Both the position numbers and the translations under genes were made by a program. The notes below the pieces were generated by a model. That model worked only from the letters and a program-made list of their open reading frames with translations, was not told the DNA's origin and ran no database searches. A stretch of DNA of 40,203 nucleotides from NCBI GenBank assembly GCA_014238525.1, contig JABAAY010000004.1:1-40203 (forward strand), in the 5' to 3' direction. Numbering within the stretch: the first letter of the stretch is position 1; each line of letters starts with the position of its first letter. Below, piece after piece: positions 35,466-40,203 of this stretch. This DNA is from Mycoplasmatales bacterium (GTDB lineage Bacteria; Bacillota_I; Bacilli_A; Mycoplasmatales; JABAAY01).

Positions 35466-36977
35466 ATGGATAAACAACAGTTAGAGCAAAACAATGCTCT
35501 AAAATATAAAAATGGAGTTTTTGATCAATCACAGAGAAAAAAAGGATTGTTATTTGCCTTTATAACAATTATTTTAAGCAGTTCACTAACATCTGTAACA
35601 GGCTTGGTAATAATTAATGTTAGTCAATTCTTTGGAGAATCACAGGCACTAATACTTGCGTTTTCACTATTGGTGATATTGTTTTCGGTTTTTGGAAATT
35701 TAATTTCTGGACCTTTAGTTCATAAATTCGGAGCTAAGAAAAATATTCTCTTTAGTTCTATTTTGTTTTTTCTTTCGGCTGCTGGCACAGCAGCTTTAAT
35801 AACTTCGAGCACAACTACACTTGTTTTGTATGGTGTTTTCTTAACATTACAGGGAATAGCAAACGGATGAATTCATCCCTCCGTATACACCTTGGTTTAT
35901 GGTTACACCTCGCAGAAAAGAAAAGAAAAAACATCATTAAATTTAGTTTTAGCTTTTTATGGACTAGGTTTTGTTGTTTTTTATTTGTTGAACACTTTGT
36001 TGTCACATACAATTGAACAAACAGTAACAAATGGTGCTGGAAGCAGTATATTTTGACATTCGGCATTTGCAATCAATGCATTTTTCTATCTTGTTGTTGT
36101 AGTTTATGTTTCGTTTAGTAAAGTTACAGAAATATCTGCCCGGGATTTAGAAAGAATGGCGTCTGGTATCACGAAAAAGAAAATTATTCCAAAATGGGCG
36201 AAATCAAGCATAAAAAAATATTCGTCGCTTTCTCAATTTAAAGAACAAGAAATTAGAAACAAAAACGGTAAGAGTTTCTGAAGCAACAATAAATATTGAA
36301 TTATTTCTCTAATTTTTCTCTTATTTGCAGCTGGATTTTATTCTTCCACGGAATATTTTTGAACCAATTATGGAATTACTTTTTTGGTTGGCGCGCGTTC
36401 TAGCGATGGTGCCTTCATAAACGGACGTGGTTTTTCTGCATTGAACGCAGGGCTAATTTTAAGTACTTACAATATTGGATTAACAATCGCAAGATTTGTT
36501 TACTATTTTATAGGCGAAAGGAAAAAAAGCAAGGGAGCGATATACTATTTATTTTTAATATACATTTTAACTTTTGTTGGCATATCTCTTGTATCGGTTG
36601 GTAACCCTAGTGAAGACTTAAGCTTATCGGTTAATTACATATTATTCTTTATTCAGGGGACAATTTCTGGGATTTTGTACGGGGTTTTTATAGGTTATGT
36701 ATTAAAGCTGTCTCAAAAATACTCGAATATTGTTTCTTCAGTAACGGTTGCTATATATAATTCTGCGGCATTTTTAACAGCAGCAATTTTTTCATTAACT
36801 GCCCATTTGGCTATAGTACAAGGAGGAGCGATTGGACATGAAATTTTGGTTGCCCCAGTGTATGCAATGCCTGTGATAAGCGTTCTTATTTTGATTTCAT
36901 TCGTTATTGCACATTATTTTAACTCTAGAAACACAAAAGAGTGAAATTTTGAAAGAGTTAGTTTTCAGATACTCTAA
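35466..36977 (+). CDS. MFS transporter, 503 aa
   Basis: About 12 TMs, motif A-like GPLVHKFGAKK, central Lys-rich loop; in frame across TGAs. Substrate unknown. Confidence 0.85.
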
Positions 36978-38506
36978 TTATTTATTCTTTCAAATAAATG
37001 ACTTGTTCTCTTCACTTTTTTATTAGATAAAAAGCCAAAATTTTCTATGCGCGCGTTGTCTATGTTTTCATTTAATATTCCAAGCTGTTCACATATTTTT
37101 TCCCAACTGTCAACAAGCACAGGGCTGAACATTCAACCTATGTATAGTAAACAATTGGCCAGCAGGTTTAACAAGTTGTTTAATTTTGTTTTGTTGTTTG
37201 TTTTAAATAGGGTTCATGGTTTTTGATCTTCGATAATTTTATTAATATCTCTAATGAATGCAAGAAGTTCATTTATTCCTTTTGAAAAAAAATAGTCTTT
37301 TCAAAAATTTTCAACTTTTATCTTGTTTTCCATAATTATTTTTTTTATATGCATGGTATTTTCTGATTTCAAATCGCTCTCAGGAATTATCCCGTTAGCA
37401 TACTTAATTATCATTTGAATTGTTCTCGAAAATAAATTACCAAATTCATTAACAAGATTATTATTAATGCAGTCAACCAATAGTTCTTCAGAGTATTTAC
37501 CGCCTTTGGAGATTGTAATTTCTTTTAAAAGGAAAAATCGTAATGCGTCTGATCCATATTTATTTATCAAAAGATTTGGATCAATTATATTGCCTCTTGA
37601 CTTGGACATCTTCTCTCCCTGAAATAAAATTCAGTCATGTGCCAAAATTACGTTTGGTTGGGGTTTATTTAATAGATCAAGAAGTATGGGTCAGTAGAGT
37701 CCGTGAAATCTAGAAATCTCCTTGCCTATGATTTGAATTTTAATATTTTCATCGTTTCAAAAATCTATTTCCTGCGATTCCGATTTCAGTTGTTTGAAAC
37801 CACTTAAATAGCTTAAAAGGGCATCAAACCAAACATATATTTCTTGCCCCGAAGAAATAGGGGTTTCAATTCCTCATCCGTTCTTTTTTCTAGAAACACA
37901 CAAATCAGACAAGTCATTATCTATAAAATTATTAAATAACTCATTCTTAATTTTTTCAGGTATCAAAAATCTTGGATTTTTTTTATATAAATTTATTATT
38001 CATTCTCTTTTATTTGTAACCTTAAGGAAGAAAACCTCTTCATTTAGAAATTGCAATGTGCCATTACAATTTATGCATTTTTGATTATCGGTTGAAAATT
38101 TCTTCGTAAAAAAGTCCTCGCACTTCACGCAGTAAAATCCCTCGTAATTTCCTTCATAAATTTCTTTGGTTTTGTACAAAGAGGAGAACACTTCCTTTAC
38201 AAGATCTTCGTGTTTTTGATTTGTTGTTCTGGTAAAAACAGAATAATCAATGTTTAACATGTCTCATAGTTTCTTAAAATTTGTAACATTATCTTCTACA
38301 AAATCAACTACATCTTGTTTGTTTTCTTGACTACTTCTTAGGATTTTCTTGCCGTGTTCGTCTGTCCCCGTCAACAAAAAACAGCGGTGTCCTCTTTGCT
38401 CAAAATATCGTTTTAGAAAATCAGCAATAACTGTTGTATATGCGTGTCCAATGTGCGGCTTACCATTAACATAATAGACTGGGGTACTTATGTATATATT
38501 CTTCAT
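36974..38506 (-). CDS. metG: Methionyl-tRNA synthetase, 510 aa
   Basis: [49 protein letters not shown]. Confidence 0.98.
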
Positions 38507-38512
38507 AATAAG

Positions 38513-38522
38513 ATAATATAAT
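38513..38522. promoter_or_regulatory. Overlapping divergent -10 boxes (metG / hypothetical-nagA)
   Basis: TATAAT (+, 38517-38522) is 6 nt before ATG 38529; TATTAT (-, 38513-38518) is 6 nt before ATG 38506. Confidence 0.55.
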
Positions 38523-38528
38523 TTTATT

Positions 38529-39239
38529 ATGGTATTTCGTCGATTAACTAACAGTCCTAGCTATTTATTGTTTAAGGAAAAATGATCCAAAATAATTACT
38601 GTAGATAATGCTGCCAAAATCAATAAAAAAACAATACATGATTTTTTTAAAGATGCGAATGAAAATTGAGCAGCTGTTTATGGGATGTCAATCTTAAAAA
38701 AATACATTGAAACCAAAAATAACTATTCTTCAAAATTTATAAAAACATGCTTTTCAATTGCTCAAAATTTTGAAATAAAGTTAACGGGCGAGGAGCAAAG
38801 CTATATTTTTGAACAAGAAGCCATCGGATTTGCTCTAATTAGAAACTTTAAGGAGCTAAGTGTGCCGGTTTCTCTTTCTACTGGTGTCACTTGTTTTGCA
38901 AGAATGCCGTCAATAACTAGATTCAAAATTGATGAGGGAGATATATTAACAAATATGAAAAGAGGTGAGCTTTTTTTCACAAACGTTTACATGTCTTTTT
39001 TTTATAATAAGTCTGAAGAAAAAGTATATTATGATGAGATAGAAATAATGATAATTGAAAGCTTCGGAGTAAAATTAAAGTTGGTGAAAGAAGAAAAATC
39101 GATATTTTGAAGAATACCCCAGGTAGATTTGTTCCAAATTTATATTTACTATGTTATAAAGGTTTATTTTAAAAAACAGGATGTTTTTCAAATTCAAAAC
39201 TATAATAAAAAGATCAGAAGGATAATTCTTGAAAAATAA
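38529..39239 (+). CDS. Hypothetical soluble protein, 236 aa
   Basis: ATG 6 nt after TATAAT; open across TGAs to TAA 39239, overlapping the nagA start. GELFFTN weakly recalls bacterial PH-like domains. Confidence 0.72.
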
Positions 39240-40203
39240 AATATTAATCAAAAACGTTGATATATACAACCACAACGAAACACTGAAAACTAAAGACATC
39301 CTTATAAAAGATGGTTTAATAGAAAAAGTAGAGAACGGTATCCCCACACAAAAAAACATTGAAGTAATCGATGGTAGTGGACTATACTCAATTCCTGGTT
39401 TTATTGACTTACAAGTAAACGGCGCATACGGAAGCGACATATGAGATGCAAGTGAGAAGTCCGTGAACAATATAATAAAAATGTTGCCTTCCGAAGGAAC
39501 AACCAGGTTTTTATACACATATATAACCGCTGATGTAAAAATCACAACATCCACAATGAAAAAGAATGTAGCGTTGTTTGACAGAATTCAAAAACAAATG
39601 CATGGAGCTTTTTTGGAAGGTTTTCATCTAGAGGGTCCTTTTATAGATAAAAAGAAAAAAGGAACACATAATGAAAAATACATTATTCCCTACAATAAAG
39701 ATGTTTTTGAAACATTTTGAGACGCAACTAGTCAATCTATAAAGGTGGTGACCTTTTCCCCAACGGATGAGACAGTGCCGTTTGCAAATGAAGTCATCAA
39801 TCGAAATATTGCTCCATCCATTGGTCACAGTGCGGCGCATAATTCAAAAGTAAAAAGTAATATAGATGCTGGGGCGATTTATTGCACTCATTTATTTAAT
39901 GGCATGACCGGAATAAATCATCATGAAGTTCTAGTTGCTCATGAATTTTTAATAAATCCAAAGACCAGTGTTATGCTTATTGCTGACTTTATTCATTTAA
40001 CTAGGTCTACTTTGGAGTTGGTCCTAAAGACAAAATCTGTTAATCAGATAATGTTGGTTACCGATTCAGTAAGCCCAAAGGGTTTGAAAAATGGCATTTA
40101 TAATATGGGACCAATCAAAATACAAAAAGATGACAGCAGAATTCATCTTCTTGGTCACCCTGAAACTCTTGCTGGTTCAGGCGGAAAAATGAGTCAATCT
40201 TAC
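39229..40203 (+). CDS. nagA: N-acetylglucosamine-6-phosphate deacetylase (3' end beyond the window)
   Basis: TTG start with an AGAAGGA SD; PGFIDLQVNG, GTTRFL, HLEGPF, KGTH, IGHS, THLFNGM, LVTDS, LAGS. Confidence 0.95.

Overview
AT-rich, very compact chromosomal segment of a Mollicutes-type bacterium that uses genetic code 4 (TGA=Trp). Almost every 'broken' ORF in the supplied track rejoins into a full-length gene when TGA is read as Trp. The backbone is Bacilli-like housekeeping synteny: prfA(partial), tdk, rpmE, fba, pyrG, rpoE, tkt, argS, an HD hydrolase, gltX, ispF, ychF; parB, parA, mgtE, cdaA; lspA, a membrane GGDEF/EAL-like protein, ssrA; birA; smpB, secG; a CaCA antiporter, rhodanese, an XRE regulator, whiA, rapZ, lgt; uvrA; an MFS transporter; metG; nagA(partial). 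Five lipoprotein genes with a shared 'AQxC' lipobox are scattered singly among these genes. Main observations: (1) three of the lipoproteins have no lysine at all after the lipobox (about 1,370 residues) and the other two are strongly Lys-depleted, although cytoplasmic proteins here are Lys-rich; (2) a ~115-aa repeat domain I do not recognise; (3) a co-oriented run of degenerate GGDEF-EAL membrane protein, divergent LspA, large repeat lipoprotein, cdaA and mgtE directly behind tmRNA; (4) cdaA is split by a real frameshift at an A9 run; (5) pervasive leaderless-type promoters. I found no IS, prophage, CRISPR or rRNA. Coordinates were counted by hand and start codons are best estimates.
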